Part shown: in pieces, positions 25,945-38,639 of the stretch
Layout of the letters: the number at the start of each line of letters is the position of its first letter
How positions within the stretch are numbered: the first letter of the stretch is position 1
From: Felis catus
Taxonomy: Eukaryota
Assembly (NCBI RefSeq): GCF_018350175.1
Contig: NC_058368.1
Span: 25,050,001 to 25,114,000 of the forward strand
Length of the DNA stretch: 64,000 nt
Direction of reading: 5' to 3'
The notes under the pieces: generated by a model
What the model was told of the DNA's origin: nothing
The model's input: only the letters and a program-made list of their open reading frames with translations
The model's database searches: none
Made by a program: the position numbers and the translations under genes

Positions 25945-26230
25945 ACATCTTCTTTATCCATTCATCCCTCGATGGACATTTGGGCTCTTTCCATACTTGA
26001 GCTATTGTCGCTAGTGCTGCTATAAACATGGGGTGCCTGTGTCCCTTCGAAACAGCACACCTGTATCCCTTGGATAAATGCATAGTAGTGCAATTGCTGG
26101 GTCATAGAGTAGTTCTATTTTTAGTTGTTTGTATTCTATTTTAGTTCTATAGAGTAGTTCTATTTTAGTTTAGTTGTTTGAGGAACCTCCATACTGTTTC
26201 CAGAGTGGCTGCACCAGCTTGCATTCCCAC
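25443..26230 (-). mobile_element. Young 5'-truncated felid L1 3' end with (TG)n(TA)n microsatellite (about 25874-25942) and extra 3' sequence
   Basis: Reverse ORF2 end WKEPKCPSRDEWIKKMWYIY. TSD aaaatttagctttatat at 25426-25442 and 26231-26247. Confidence 0.92.
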
Positions 26231-27029
26231 AAAATTTAGCTTTATATGAATGTTATTTAATATCCTCAGTTCCACTTTTTTTGGGGGGGGGACACTACCA
26301 ATTCTCTACTTTGAGCAATTGTAACAGTAGCAACTAACTTCTTTTCCCTCCCTTCCCTATCCTCCAGTATTTAATTTAATATTATTTTCTCACAGTTAAC
26401 ATTATGAATCTGCCAACGAGCTTTTCTACCTTCCATATACTCTCTATATTTTGATGGTTGAGTCCCGTATTCATTTTTACTACACTATCTCCCGTATTTC
26501 CGTGAGTTATATTTAGTTCTCCAGGTAAATCCATACTAACATTCACTCTTCACCATCAGTTCCTATGCCTCTGTCTCATCTAGCATTTTGCTGAAGCTTG
26601 TTCTCAAATGTATACCTCGGGAAATATATTCGTGGGAAGAATATTCCTTAATTTCTGCTACGTTCATAACAGTTCAACCACAGACATTATCCTCAAAGAT
26701 CAGTTTGTCGGGATATACAATCCTCGGCTTCCATTTTCTTCTTTTGGGTATTTTAAATTTACTACTCCTTATCTTCTGGCACAAAACATTGTAGTTCAAA
26801 AGTTTGATGTTAGTGTTACATTCTTTCCTTTAAAAATGACTTGATTGCCAGTCTCTGGTCAGTGTGTAATTTTGAAAATAACATTTTGCCTCAGTAACCT
26901 GACAGAGTGTGGTTAAACCCTCATTCCTCTGTATGATCACTGTCTGGTCTCAGCTATGTTACTTAACCTTTTTATGTCTCTGCTATAAAGCGGGGATAAA
27001 ACTGGCACCTGAGATAATTCTGAGGCTTA

Positions 27030-27455
27030 GGGGCGCCTGGGTGGCTCGGCTGAGTGTCTGACTTCAGCTCAGGTCATGATCTCACAGTTGGTGAGTTCGA
27101 GCCCCGTGTTGGGTTCTGTGCTGATGGCAGCCTGGAGCCTCCTTTAGATTCTGTGTCTCCCTCTCTCTCTGCCCCTCTCCCCCTTGCTCTCTCTGTTTCA
27201 AAAATAAATAAACACAGGGGCGCCTGGGTGGCGCAGTCAGTTAAGCGTCCGACTTCAGCCAGGTCACGATCTCGCGGTCCGGGAGTTCGAGCCCCGCGTC
27301 AGGCTCTGGGCTGATGGCTCAGAGCCTGGAGCCTGTTCCCGATTCTGTGTCTCCCTCTCTCTCTGCCCCTCCCCCGTTCATGCTCTGTCTCTCTCTGTCC
27401 CCAAAATAAATAAACGTTGAAAAAAATAATAAATAAATAAACATTAAAAAAAAAA
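27030..27455 (+). mobile_element. CAN-SINE with a young SINEC_Fc-like copy (about 27217-27427) inserted in its A tail, inside a MIR remnant
   Basis: Two heads at 27030 and 27217; aataaataaaca duplicated; outer TSD agataa..(c/a)tgagg(c/a)tta. Confidence 0.9.
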
Positions 27456-27743
27456 AGATAAATATGAGGATTAGACTAGGTAATGTCTATAGAGAACTCC
27501 AGTCTTTCTAGTGAAGCCAGCTATAACAGTAGGTTTCTTTTGAATAGTACTTTTTTTCTGTACAGAGAGAAAAACCGAAGGCTGAAGTTTTAGGAGTCAC
27601 AGGCACACGATAGTCAACATAAGTGACTCACAGTTCATTAACTTTGTGAAATGCTTTTGTGACAAAAGCATCTTTAAAGAGTACCTCGTTTAATATGGAA
27701 GAAAAAATGGCAAACCTCTTTTTTTTTTTAGTTCCTATTTTTC

Positions 27744-27987
27744 TTTTTTTTAATTTTTTTTATTATTTTTAAAAATTTTTTTTTAACGTTTATTTATTTT
27801 TGAGACAGAGAGAGACAGAGCATGAACGGGGGAGGGGCAGAGAGAGAGGGAGACACAGAATCGGAAGCAGGCTCCAGGCTCTGAGCCGGCAGCCCAGAGC
27901 CTGACGCGGGGCTCGAACTCACGAACTGCGAGATCGTGACCTGAGCTGAAGTCGGACGCTTAACCGACTGCGCCACCCAGGCGCCCC
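27744..27987 (-). mobile_element. CAN-SINE
   Basis: TSD ttagttcctatttttc. Confidence 0.93.
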
Positions 27988-28823
27988 TTAGTTCCTATTT
28001 TTCACTAGGAGTTTTTTTTTTTTTTTCCGGCACTGCTGCTTTCAACTTTTGCCCTTCTCCCACGCAGGAGAGACATCTCAGTTCTTTAAATAATGCTTAT
28101 CAAATGATCAATATTTAGCCAGCTTTATCAGTTCTTTGGACAAACCCATTAACTAATGAAAACACCCTGTTAGCAAGAAGAGTGGCCTGACATCCAAAAG
28201 AAATTTGTTTGCTAAGATTCTATCTCTCTCCCATCATTTCTTACCAGCTATCTAAATTTCCAATCAACAAGGCACACTGCTGGGTGCTCCCTAAGGATGC
28301 ATTTCTCTTATTCGGGATAAGAATCATCTCCGAATGTGTTTTTGGCATTGCACAAGACAGACAAGAAATCTAGCAACTGATAGCTGTCGTTGAGGGCTTG
28401 ACATAGCCTCCGGGCTTCCACATCAAACAGTCTGAGGAACAGTTCTGGCTCTTGACGTTACCGCTGGAAAAGAGGAAAGGAAAAACCCTCGATCCCAGAT
28501 GGATATGGCAGCCATCCATCTGTCCACTCCATTTTCTCTTTCTCCCCACATGAGCTGTTTTGAAAATTCTCGCTGGTGCTCATCTCTCAAACAAGCAGGA
28601 CACTGACTCAGCCTGGGTTTCAGATAGACTGCGGCTTTCTCATACTTATTTCTGTGCTCGTGTAGGAATATACTCACACACCTGCTCCAGTCCGTATGTG
28701 AGCCCAGCATATGTGGAGAGGGGCCTGGTTTTGATAAATGAAACCTTTCCATCTCCCTTAATTATCCAGGGAGCTTCACTGGGTTCACTGCTCCTTCTTC
28801 CAACACCCATTGCCCTGTCTTCT

Positions 28824-29050
28824 TTTTTTTTTTTTTATTTTTTTTTCAACATTTATTTATTTTTGGTACAGAGAGAGACACAGCATGAACGGGGGAGGGG
28901 CAGAGAGAGAGGGAGACACAGAATCGGAAACAGGCTCCAGGCTCCGAGCCATCAGCCCAGAGCCCGACGCGGGGCTCGAACTCACAGACCGCGAGATCGT
29001 GACCTGGCTGAAGTCGGACGCTTAACCGACCGCGCCACCCAGGCGCCCCT
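28824..29050 (-). mobile_element. Young felid SINE
   Basis: Perfect TSD cattgccctgtcttct at 28808-28823 and 29051-29066. Confidence 0.95.
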
Positions 29051-29095
29051 CATTGCCCTGTCTTCTAAACGCACATCTACAAGTTAAAGAATTGT

Positions 29096-29326
29096 GGGGC
29101 GCCTGGATGGCTCAGTCAGTTAAGCGGCCGACTTCGGCTCAGGTCACGATCTCGCGGTTTGTGAGTTCGAGCCCCGCGCCGGGCTCTGTGCAGACAGCTC
29201 GGAGCCTGGAGCCTGCTTCGGATTCTGTGTCTCCCTCTCTCTCTGCCCCTCCCCTGTTCACGCTCTGTCTCTCACTCCCTCTAAAAATAAACAAACATTA
29301 AAAAAAATAAAATAAAATGAAAACGA
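29096..29326 (+). mobile_element. CAN-SINE
   Basis: TSD aagttaaagaat. Confidence 0.92.
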
Positions 29327-30879
29327 AAGTTAAAGAATCGTTCTGTGTGTTTCTTCGCTTGACAAACGGAGTTTCTGACATTAAGTGACGCCCGCAAGGA
29401 TGAATCGGGCAGATCCAACACCTCTCAGACTCACGCTTTCTCCCGGGTTAGACTGCTGGCTCCCTTTCCTCCAGAAAGGCCCAGATACGGGATTTTAGAA
29501 CTTTCCCCCCATCACCAGCTTTTGCCGAATTTTTTCTGGAATTCCTTATCATCGATTCTCACACAGGGCACAGCCTGATACTTGGCCACGTGTCTAAACA
29601 CGGTGAGTGTAAATGAAATGGAAACTCTGCTCCTGGCAGTGCAGTTGTGGGTCAGGGGTCTGGGTGCAGACCCGGGACAGCCAGTGTCCTACAACTTTGC
29701 CAGGACCAGCCCCTCTCCCAACAACCACCTCCGGAGTCGGGAGGGCTGGTCTCCAGTTTCAACATCCCTGCGTTTGTATCCCCACGTGAGACACATCTGA
29801 GAACACCCTGCGTGCTGACCTCTCTTTTTCAACATGAAAAACGAGAGAAGAAAATGGGTTGTGTGGGGAGCTGGGAAGAGAAACGCTGAAGAGATTGGAC
29901 AGGAGGTGGGAAGAATAAGAATTTGAAAAATCAGAAACGAGGCAGATAGGAGGGACACGAAGTGGGGGGGCGGAGGGGTAAGAGGTGAGAGAACGTGTGC
30001 TTTGGAAAGCAATGTGCGCTGATAAATATTTTAACCTCCTTTGGGGCACAAAATAAGCCGGAAGTGTAACTTCATGCATCCGATGCAACGGTTCCTTGGG
30101 GGTCAGGGACTCTGGAATCCCGACTTCCCGTCTGTGGTGATCTCAGGAGGGGCTCTGACCCAAGACTCTGCCAACACCACTCAAGCCTCAAAGGGGCACC
30201 TACTGAGGTAGCCCTTGACGAGTGAACCCGTCTCTTTTTACATCAGCAGGTGGAGACGGCAAGTTATATTATGTGAAACACCACCACAGTGGCTTCCCTG
30301 ATTGATCAAGCTTAAAGAGTACAATAGAAGCTTCTGGACTTTTCATGTTTTTGTTGTCGTTTACCGTAGAGACTATCCTTCACGGGCACGTGGACTTCCG
30401 GGGTGGGATGGGCTATGAAGTTGCATAGGAATAGTAGGGACCCCTGGGAATCCCAAGGACAGCCCCCAACCTCCCCTTTTCGATACCTCAAGTTAGGAAG
30501 GCCTGCCCACGTAAACCACAGTGGCCCTCACCATGCTTTGCCCCAACTCAAGGGGGCGCCACCGACACTGTGCAAGCCTTGTGGACTACTAGTGAAGACA
30601 GGACCCAGGACCCCCAAAAAGAGTTTGCTCCTCCTGTTCTCACCCACACACCACTACCCTTCTTCTGACCTCCCTCCCCCCAACCCCCTACTTTGCATTT
30701 CAACAACAAGGAATCCCTCCGACTGTCTCAACGTCATCTCCTGACCTGGGACTTGAACCCCATTCCTCCCGCCCCCTCGGGAATCCTCCACTACTCATTT
30801 CTCCCTCATTTCCTCTCCTCAAACCTCCAATGGCTTCCACATGCACCCCCCCCCCCATCCTCGCTCTGAGCCCCCGCCC

Positions 30880-31252
30880 GGGGCCTTACTCCACTTGTGC
30901 GGCCGTGACATTTCACCACAGAGTGGAGGGTTGCAACCACAGAAATCGGTCACCTCACAGTTCTGGAGGCTGAGGAGCCCCTGACCAAGACCCTGGCAGA
31001 GCCCGGGTCTGATGAACGCCTCCTTCTGGCTTGGAGGCAGCCACCTTCTCCTTGACTCCCCGCGGGACGGTGGAGGGCAGCCCGCAGAGAGGGGACTTGA
31101 GCTCTCGCGGGGCTCCTCATCAGGGCACTCATCCCATTCACCCTGATGGCCCAGCCACCTCCCAGAGGCCCATCCTAATACCGTCACGCTGGAGGTTAGG
31201 TTTCAGCATGTGACTTTTGCGGGGGGGGGGGGGGGGACACCCTCAGGTATAA
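30880..31252 (-). mobile_element. MaLR solo LTR (MLT1A-like)
   Basis: ctcacagttctggaggctg...cacctcccagaggcccatcctaataccgtcacgctggaggttaggtttcagcatgtgactttt motifs. Confidence 0.8.
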
Positions 31253-32039
31253 CCGCTTGCCTCCCATTTTAGTGAGAAAACTTCCACGAGCTCCTCACCG
31301 GCCTCCGCCAAGACCATCACCTGCGTTTGCCCAGACTTCCATAAGGGCTTCCTCTTGTCCTCCCGGTAACCCCCCGACGGCTGGCAGAATCCTTCTTTCC
31401 GATGCCACTGTCCGCCTCAATCTCTCTGGCGATTCTCCCCAGCTCACGGGGGAGAACTCCCTGTCTGACTCAACATCCTAGGCCCATCGTGCTCCATCCT
31501 TCACGTCCTAGAGACAACTTCCCTCGGCTCTCCCCTAGACGCCCCACGCGGCCTCGCGCCCCGTTCTGTGGTGGCTTCCCACGTGCCACCCTTCTGCCGG
31601 TCGTCACGTCCCCGTCACTCCATCCAAGTCACGCTTACTCTTCAAAGTGCGCCGCTTCTGAGCAGCCTCCTGAGGTCACCGCCCCCGCCCGGTTTTTTGG
31701 ATGCCAGTCTGCCGCGCATCTTTATGTTTTTGACACGTTTAGCTTAAGTGCGTGAGCATGAGCAGTCAAGTGTGGAGGGCCCGTGCGTTGGGGAAGATAG
31801 ACACGTTGGATCCGTTGGAAGAGGGGTCTTTGTAGTGTGGACACGGCTCACACAGCTGCTGCACAGCCCTGGGCGAGTGCAGGTGTAAGAGGGTAAGAAG
31901 GGTGGGTCAGGGAAGCTTGAGAGGAATGCGCACTGCTTTGAGACTCGCTTTCGCCTTGGGAGGTTCAAGGGCAAGCGGGGCCAAGGCCATGCTGGTGCCG
32001 GACTAGAAGCAGGAGACGCTCCAGGTGGGTCGGCCGGGT

Positions 32040-32330
32040 AGAGAGGCAGGCGGCTCTGGGCATAGAACTTGGGGGCTTCAGGTACAGCTGAATCCAGGAG
32101 CTTGAGTGAGGCCATGAGGGTCTTCTCTTCCTCTCCTTCACAATCTCTCCAGGGCCTCACCCCCTTTCCGGCCATCTGAGGTCTTGCCCTCTCCACGTGT
32201 CTTTGTCCTGCACGCAGCTCTCCCCAGTTGCAGGAGGGAGGTCTTCAGAAGCCCCAGGCTCCCGTAGAACTTAGCTTTCCCGACGGAAAACAAACACCTC
32301 TTCCCTGAGGTCCACCAGGAGGAAGAAATG
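32040..32330 (-). mobile_element. MaLR LTR fragment (MLT1J/K-like)
   Basis: ggcttcaggtacagctgaatccaggagctt motif. Confidence 0.5.
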
Positions 32331-32654
32331 GTCCGACTTGTGCCATCTTCCCAGCACACGTGGGTCTTACCTGATCCTATTTAGGACTCATTCATTCAAA
32401 ATCCCACTTCTTGAGCGTCTACACTCTATGGCAGACACCAGGTACAGCATTAAAAAGAGAGACCAAGGGAAGAAGTTGAGGGGCTTCAGGATGGGGTGGG
32501 GAAGGAAGAATTCCCTGTTGATGTTCTGGTGGCACTCACAGGCTAGTGTCTGAGACGGGGATTCCAAGTAGCTGTGACAGTGCCCTGGGGAGCATCAATC
32601 CAGCCATGCCTCCTTGTCGCGGACCCCCCCACACACACAAATCTGGAAACAAAG

Positions 32655-33034
32655 CTTTTTTAAAGGGACAAATGAAAACTACAACGGGATACTCCCTCAC
32701 ACCTGCCCGAATGGCTGAAATCGGCGACGCAAGAAACAGCGGACGTTGGCGAGGACGCGGAGAACGTGTCACCCTCGTGCACTGCTCTGTTGGTGGGGGC
32801 GCAAAGGAGTGCAGCCACTCTGGAGAGCAGTGTGGAGGTTCCTCCAAAAGTTAAAAAGAGAGCGACCTCACCATCCAACAGTGGCACTACTGGGTATTTA
32901 CCCAAAGGATACAGAAGTACTAATTCGAAGGGATACGCACACATCGTGATATGTACAGCGGCATTATCTACAACAGCCAAATTAGAGTAACGGCTCACGT
33001 GTCCGTTGATTGATGAATGGATAAAGAAGACATG

Positions 33035-33069
<35 letters not shown>

Positions 33070-33680
33070 GGAATATTTCTCAGCTATAAAAAAAAAGAAT
33101 GAGGGGCACCTGGGTGGCTCTGTCAGTTAAGCATCCGACTTCGGCTCAGGTCATGATCTCACGGTTCATGGGTTCAAGCCCCATGTCAGGCTCTGTGCTG
33201 ACAGCTCGGAGCCCGGAGCCTTCTTCCGATTCTGTGTCTCCCTCTCTCTCCGTCCCTCCCCTGCTCGCACGGTCTCTCTCAAAAAACGAATAAACGTTAA
33301 AAAAGAAAAAAGAATGAAATCTTGCCATTTGCAACGACATGGATGGAACTAGAGTCTTCTGCTACATAAGTCAGTCAGCGAAAGACAAGTGTCATGTGAT
33401 TTCACTCGGATGGGGAATTTAAGAAACAAAACACAGGAGCAAAAAGAAAGAGAGCCAAAACAAGAAGCAAATTCTTCACTATATGGAGCACACTGACAGT
33501 TACCAGAGGGGAGGTGGGGGGGGGGGGGCTGGGGAAAGTAGGTGACGGGGACTAAGCAGTGCACTCGCTGTGATGAACACCGCGTGTCGTACGTAGCTGT
33601 CGCCTCACTATATTGCACGCCAGAATCTGATATTACAGCGTAGGTTAACTAGGTGGAATTTAAATAAAAACTTGGAACAA
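32655..33680 (+). mobile_element. 5'-truncated carnivore L1 3' end, unusually GC/CpG-enriched, containing (CA)n and a SINE (about 33103-33308)
   Basis: Aligns by eye to 6700-7200 and 9610-10100. SINE TSD aaaaaagaatga. Confidence 0.88.
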
Positions 33681-34924
33681 ATGGACATTTCCCCAAATGC
33701 GGGCCCTTCACCCAGCTCTTCCTCAATGGTAACACCTCACGCGGCCGAGCCCAGTTCCAGACTGGGAAGCGGATGCTAGAACGATACTATGAGTTCAAGG
33801 GTTTCAGCTTTCGCCAGTTTCACCCCGCACCCGCGTGTGCCTGCACACCGCAGTCCTGGGAAACGTTAGCACATTTATAGATTTGTATAATCGCCGTCCA
33901 ATCAGGACACGGAACTATGATAAGATGCTTTTGAATGTCAGTATCTTGAATGTCAATCCTGAAACAGATCCCAGCACACGCAAGAGAGAGGCCACTGGGC
34001 CCCCACTCCTCCGCTGCGCCTCCCTCCTCGCCCCCCACCCAGGTCGCGACGAACACCAGGAGACTTAATATGGAGTGGGGAGTGGAGGGGATCATTTCCA
34101 GCAAATACTGGGAGGCACTGGCCTCCCTGTCCCTGCCTGGGCCCGAGGAGAGAAAACACCGAGAACAAGGCCACAATTGCTCTGGCTTGGCACTGGGAGA
34201 GAGGGGCCTCATCCATGCCTAAGGCAGGAAAGGTGACCCCTAGTCCCACGCCTGGAGGCTGGAATGCAGGAAGTCCCCACCAGCCCCTCCTGGCTGGGCT
34301 TGGGAGATACACTCAGAGCCATTAGCAATGCAGATTCCAAGTCTGCTTTTTTTTCCTCCATTGTCCCCCTGCCAAATTTTCCCCAAGGGTCAAACGACAA
34401 TGTGAAAGTTGGGGCATCCTCTGGAGCTTTGGCGGAGACCCTGTAGGCTGCTAAGGGCTTTTCCCCTCCTTTCTCAAAGAAGGGAAGTTAAAACCCTAGA
34501 GGTCTTCCCTTTTGCGAAGGAAACTCGATTTCCTTCACAGTACTGACAAAGTATCATCATTTTCCTTCACAAAAAATTGGCTGCAATCTCAAGCCCAAAC
34601 TAGGGCATTGCAGCCAACAGTTTAAAGAAAGCCCAGGAGGCATTAGGTGAGAAATGACATCATGGTAGAAGGGTGAGCTCACGGCTGGGGCTCCAGCAGG
34701 CACTGGGCAGTCAAGGTGAGGTCCCTTCCCAGGGCCCATCCCAAGGTGTGGCCGCACCTGTTCCTGTACAGGGTAAAGCAGGCAGACACAATGGAGTGGG
34801 CCCAGAGAGCTCACACTTGGAGGCTCTCATTGGTGGCAGTTGCTGGGGACACTCTTGGTTCCGATTTTCCTCCCCTTACCCTCTGAAGAAGTGTTGGGCC
34901 TGCATCAAAGTAGTCAAGAGCCCT

Positions 34925-35143
34925 GGGGCGCCTGGGTGGCGCAGTCGGTTAAGCGTCCGACTTCAGCCAGGTCACGATCTCGCGGTCCATGAGTTCGAGC
35001 CCCGCGTCGGGCTCTGGGCTGATGGCTCGGAGCCTGGAGCCTGTTTCCGATTCTGTGTCTCCCTCTCTCTCTGCCCCTCCCCCGTTCATGCTCTGTCTCT
35101 CTCTGTCCCAAAAATAAATAAAAAACGTTGAAAAAAAAAATTT
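34925..35143 (+). mobile_element. Young felid SINE
   Basis: Perfect TSD aaagtagtcaagagccc at 34907-34923 and 35144-35160. Confidence 0.96.
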
Positions 35144-36419
35144 AAAGTAGTCAAGAGCCCAGCCGCGGCTTCCAGGGCCTTAAGATTTGGACACACTAGG
35201 CGCCCTGTCTGGTCTCAGCCACAGCACTTTTCTAGGGCTTTTGGTCTAAGTAAGAAGCCACTTTGATTACTCCCCCCTGGGTCTGGGCTCGAACATCCTC
35301 CGTTTCCTGGAGGATCGTGCCTAAGATGGCTGAAACTTTAGCTCTCTGAATTCGTCATTACCAGCCACTAGAAAAGCCATCACCTCCATCACCCGAGACC
35401 CCGAGGATAGGGGAGAAGTGATAAAGGGATGAGTATCTGTCCAGTCCTTATCGTATGTCACGCCCTGTGCTAGGAGCTGTGCCTATTATACTGTGAAATT
35501 CGAATAAAGCTGCTATGGGGGCGCTCTCACCCCCATTTTTTACCCACACAAATGGAGAAGGCAGGTACCCAAGGTCTTCCAGCTAGAAAGCCAGGGAAAC
35601 AGCTTGAATCTGGGCTTGAACCAGCATCCGCATGCGGTCCACTGATGGGCGACAGCTCCTGGTAAGCTACTTTAAGTCATCGGAGGGCAAAGGCAGGCAT
35701 GGGGCACAGGGAATGAGTGGGACTCCCTCAAGTCACGGCTTTCAACTTTCCTAATACTCAGGTGTGCTTCCTCCCTGAAGCCCTCGTCAGTGCGTGCGCC
35801 AGCCAAGGGCAAACAGACGAGCAAACTGTTTTCTGCTCAGGCCTCACTTCCAGCCACAGAAGCTTCTTTTCAACCTTGCTCTGTGCCCCCCACCCCCCGG
35901 TGCCGGCACCCTCCCCCCTCTCTTCCTCTAAGTGTCCAGATTCCCAGCAACCTTCAGATGTGATATATTGAACATCTCCAAAGGATATTCCCATTGACAT
36001 TGAACATGCCGCAGTGTGGAGCTCAGCAATAAAAGGGGGGGAATTAACAGGCATTTAAATTCTCAAATTAATGATGAGAGGTCAGAGTCTTGAGAACATC
36101 TGTTTCCAGCATTTTCAAGGGGGCCTTCAATTTGCAGGCAGCACCGAACCATGGGCTTATCAGCAGTTAACTGTGACTCCACACGGCTTCGTGACCGAGA
36201 GCTGGGAGTTGGACGTTGACTCAGCCGCGACCGTCACGGGCTTTGTTGGCTCGCTCCAAGCAGCGCGTCTACTGGGGTTCAGGGTCCTGGCCCTGTGTGT
36301 AGGTTTACATGCATCTGTCTGGCAAAACCCCGGGTATTTCCTCAAATGTAAGAGTTCTCGAACCTGAGGATTCAAGACAGAAAGCGTTGGACCAAAGAAG
36401 GGAACTTAACGCTTTCTGG

Positions 36420-36960
36420 CACTGTACTATCCCCTACGATGGCTTCAAACCACGCATGGCGGTTAAGCACCTGAAATGTGACCAGTGTAAATGGAGATGT
36501 GCTTTAAGCGTAAAGTACATACTTGGGGCGCCTGGGTGGCTCAGTCGGTTAAGCGCCCGACTTTGGCTCAGGTCATGATCTCACGGTCCGTGAGTTCGAG
36601 CCCCGCGTCGGGGTCTGTGCTGACAGCTCAGAGCCCGGAGCCTGTTTCAGATTCTGTGTCTCCCTCTCTCTCCGACCCTCCCCCGTTCAAGCTCTGTCTC
36701 TGTCTCAAAAATAAATAAACGTTAAAAAAAAAAAATGTTAAAAAAAAAGCGTAAAGTACATACTGGATCTCAAAGATAGTGTATGAAAAAAAGTAACTCT
36801 TTAGGTTGGTTATCTTGTTGAAACAATAGTGTCTTGGCTGTGTCCGGTTCAATAAAATATACCAGTAAAGTCAATTTCAATTGCGCCATTTTACTTTGTT
36901 TTTCAATGCAGCTGTTACGGCCTTTAAAGTTGCATCTGTGGCTCACGTATTTCTGGAAGT
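36420..36960. mobile_element. MER33-like hAT-Charlie MITE interrupted by a SINE
   Basis: ccacgcatggcggttaagcacctgaaatgtg...agatgtgctttaagcgtaaagtacatactggat...tgtggctcacgtatttctgga. Confidence 0.7.
36525..36746 (+). mobile_element. CAN-SINE
   Basis: TSD aagcgtaaagtacatact at 36506-36523 and 36747-36764. Confidence 0.94.
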
Positions 36961-37573
36961 CATTAGGGCTCCGGAGTTTCTGTGGCTTGATGGTTTGCTG
37001 GGGGGAGGGGCTCTTTCATGTCACACTGATTGCAGGAGATGCTACTGATACGTAGCAAGTTGGGCGAGAGGCATGTGGTGAGGCTCCCTCCACCCAATTA
37101 CGAAGAGCAGCTTGAGGCAACAAAATTGTTGTCCCGCGACCCGCATCATCAAGTGTCCCGACAGGTGAAAAATTGTTTATATCCATCCGAGCCTCGACTC
37201 CACCCCACTTTACATACGAACATGAGGTTTTGGGGGCGGCTGTTTCTTCCCCTCAAACTAGAGTATCCAAGGACACAGCGACCGTGTGCCTCAAGGAAAG
37301 ATTGCACTTTGTGTCACTGGAACATTACCAAATGTTGTTCCTCACTTTAGAAATTCACAGCACTGTTGGCAATGTCGCTCATGGTATTTAAGTTGCCAAT
37401 GTAACCTACAACCATCGTCACCAGGCACCGTCATTCCCCCGAGAGGTGTAATTTTCTGCCTACTGCCCTAGATCTTCTAGTGTCCTTGTGTTTTTGAGCA
37501 TTTACATACGGAAATGCATAGCATTGTATTTAAATTACTTTCCCTTTGTTCCTTCTATATTACAATTATGGCT

Positions 37574-37789
37574 GGGGCGCCTGGGTGGCGCAGTCAGTTA
37601 AGCGTCCGACTTCAGCTCAGGTCACGATCTCGCGGTCCGTGAGTTCGAGCCCCGCGTCGGGCTCTGGGCTGATGGCTCAGAGCCTGGAGCCTGTTTCCGA
37701 TTCTGTGTCTCCCTCTCTCTCTGCCCCTCCCCCGTTCATGCTCTGTCTCTCTCTGTCCCAAAAATAAATAAACGTTGAAAAAAAATTTT
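37574..37789 (+). mobile_element. Young felid SINE
   Basis: TSD ttacaattatggct. Confidence 0.94.
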
Positions 37790-38339
37790 ATGTTACAATT
37801 ATGGCTTTATATTGGTTTCTACGAATTATGTGTGCAGGCTGCATCTGATAGAATTACAAACCATCACTCAAACATGTTCATGCCCTCTCTTGACTCAGGC
37901 AGGTTGAGTCTTTGCCTCTTAACCACCTTCTCTTTCTTTAGGTTTCAGATGCAGTGGCCCGTCCTCAAAACAATCACAATGTCACCTGCTCTACGCTCCC
38001 CTGCACTCTGTATTTCCCATCACTCCATCCTTCATCCCACAGATGGTAACTGCCGTGCATCTATCATCTTCCTCCCTGGGCCGTGGGCCCCAGGAGCGTA
38101 GGAGCCGCGTACGTTTGGTCCGTCACGCTACGCACAGTTGTCCAATGTATGGCTGAGCACTCCAGGACATGCTCAATGCTTAGTGAGTAAATGAATTAAA
38201 GGAGAGGAGGCAGAGTTGGGACCTAGGGAAGTATAGGGTGACTAGGCCCGTGGGCCAGCAGCAGGGTAGATATGGTTGGCAATTCGAGGTGAGCCCAACA
38301 CGTTGGCTGTTGCTAAAATAGAGAGCCCCGAGTATGTAG

Positions 38340-38530
38340 AATAATGTACTTTGGAATCAGGCAGATTTGGCTTTGAATCCCAGTTCTGCTACTCACTACC
38401 TTGGTCATCTTAGGCAAGTTCACTGACCTCTCTGATGGAGTAATAAGGGTACTTTCCTCATTTGTTGGGGGACTTGAGAACGGCTTGGAAAGCACTTACC
38501 ACAGCGTTTAGCAAGTAAGAGGTCAGGAAG
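38340..38530 (+). mobile_element. MIR
   Basis: ctttggaatcaggcagatttggctttgaatcccagttctgctactcactacc...taggcaagttcactgacctctctga. Confidence 0.8.
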
Positions 38531-38639
38531 TGTTAGCTGCTGTCCTTATTATTGCAACCCTTTCACAGAGGCTGGATGTGGCTCTAACAGAATCCCTGGT
38601 TGCCCCAGTGTCAGTTCCCACCCCCTTCAGGGAAATCCT

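Larger units (their letters stand above)
20130..26845 (-). mobile_element. Ancient L1M/HAL1-like element surviving as pieces (about 20130-20813, 24625-24810, 25250-25442, 26248-26845) split by younger insertions
   Basis: Reverse L1MC-type 3'UTR motifs (tagaatcagccatttctccaaagg...ttagtgggaaatggtattt) and an ORF1-like reverse segment (cagtttgtcgggatatacaatcctcggc). The pieces join across TSDs. Confidence 0.6.

Noticed and set aside
30900..31760. CpG-rich stretch as a CpG-island promoter
   Set aside because: It overlaps MLT1A and L2-like fossils, shows no first-exon or GC-box architecture, and is better explained by regional GC gain.
30240..35215. CTCF-like strings (cagcaggtggag at about 30244, aggcgccctgtctgg at about 35198)
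   Set aside because: Core mismatches; cannot be supported without a PWM scan or ChIP data.
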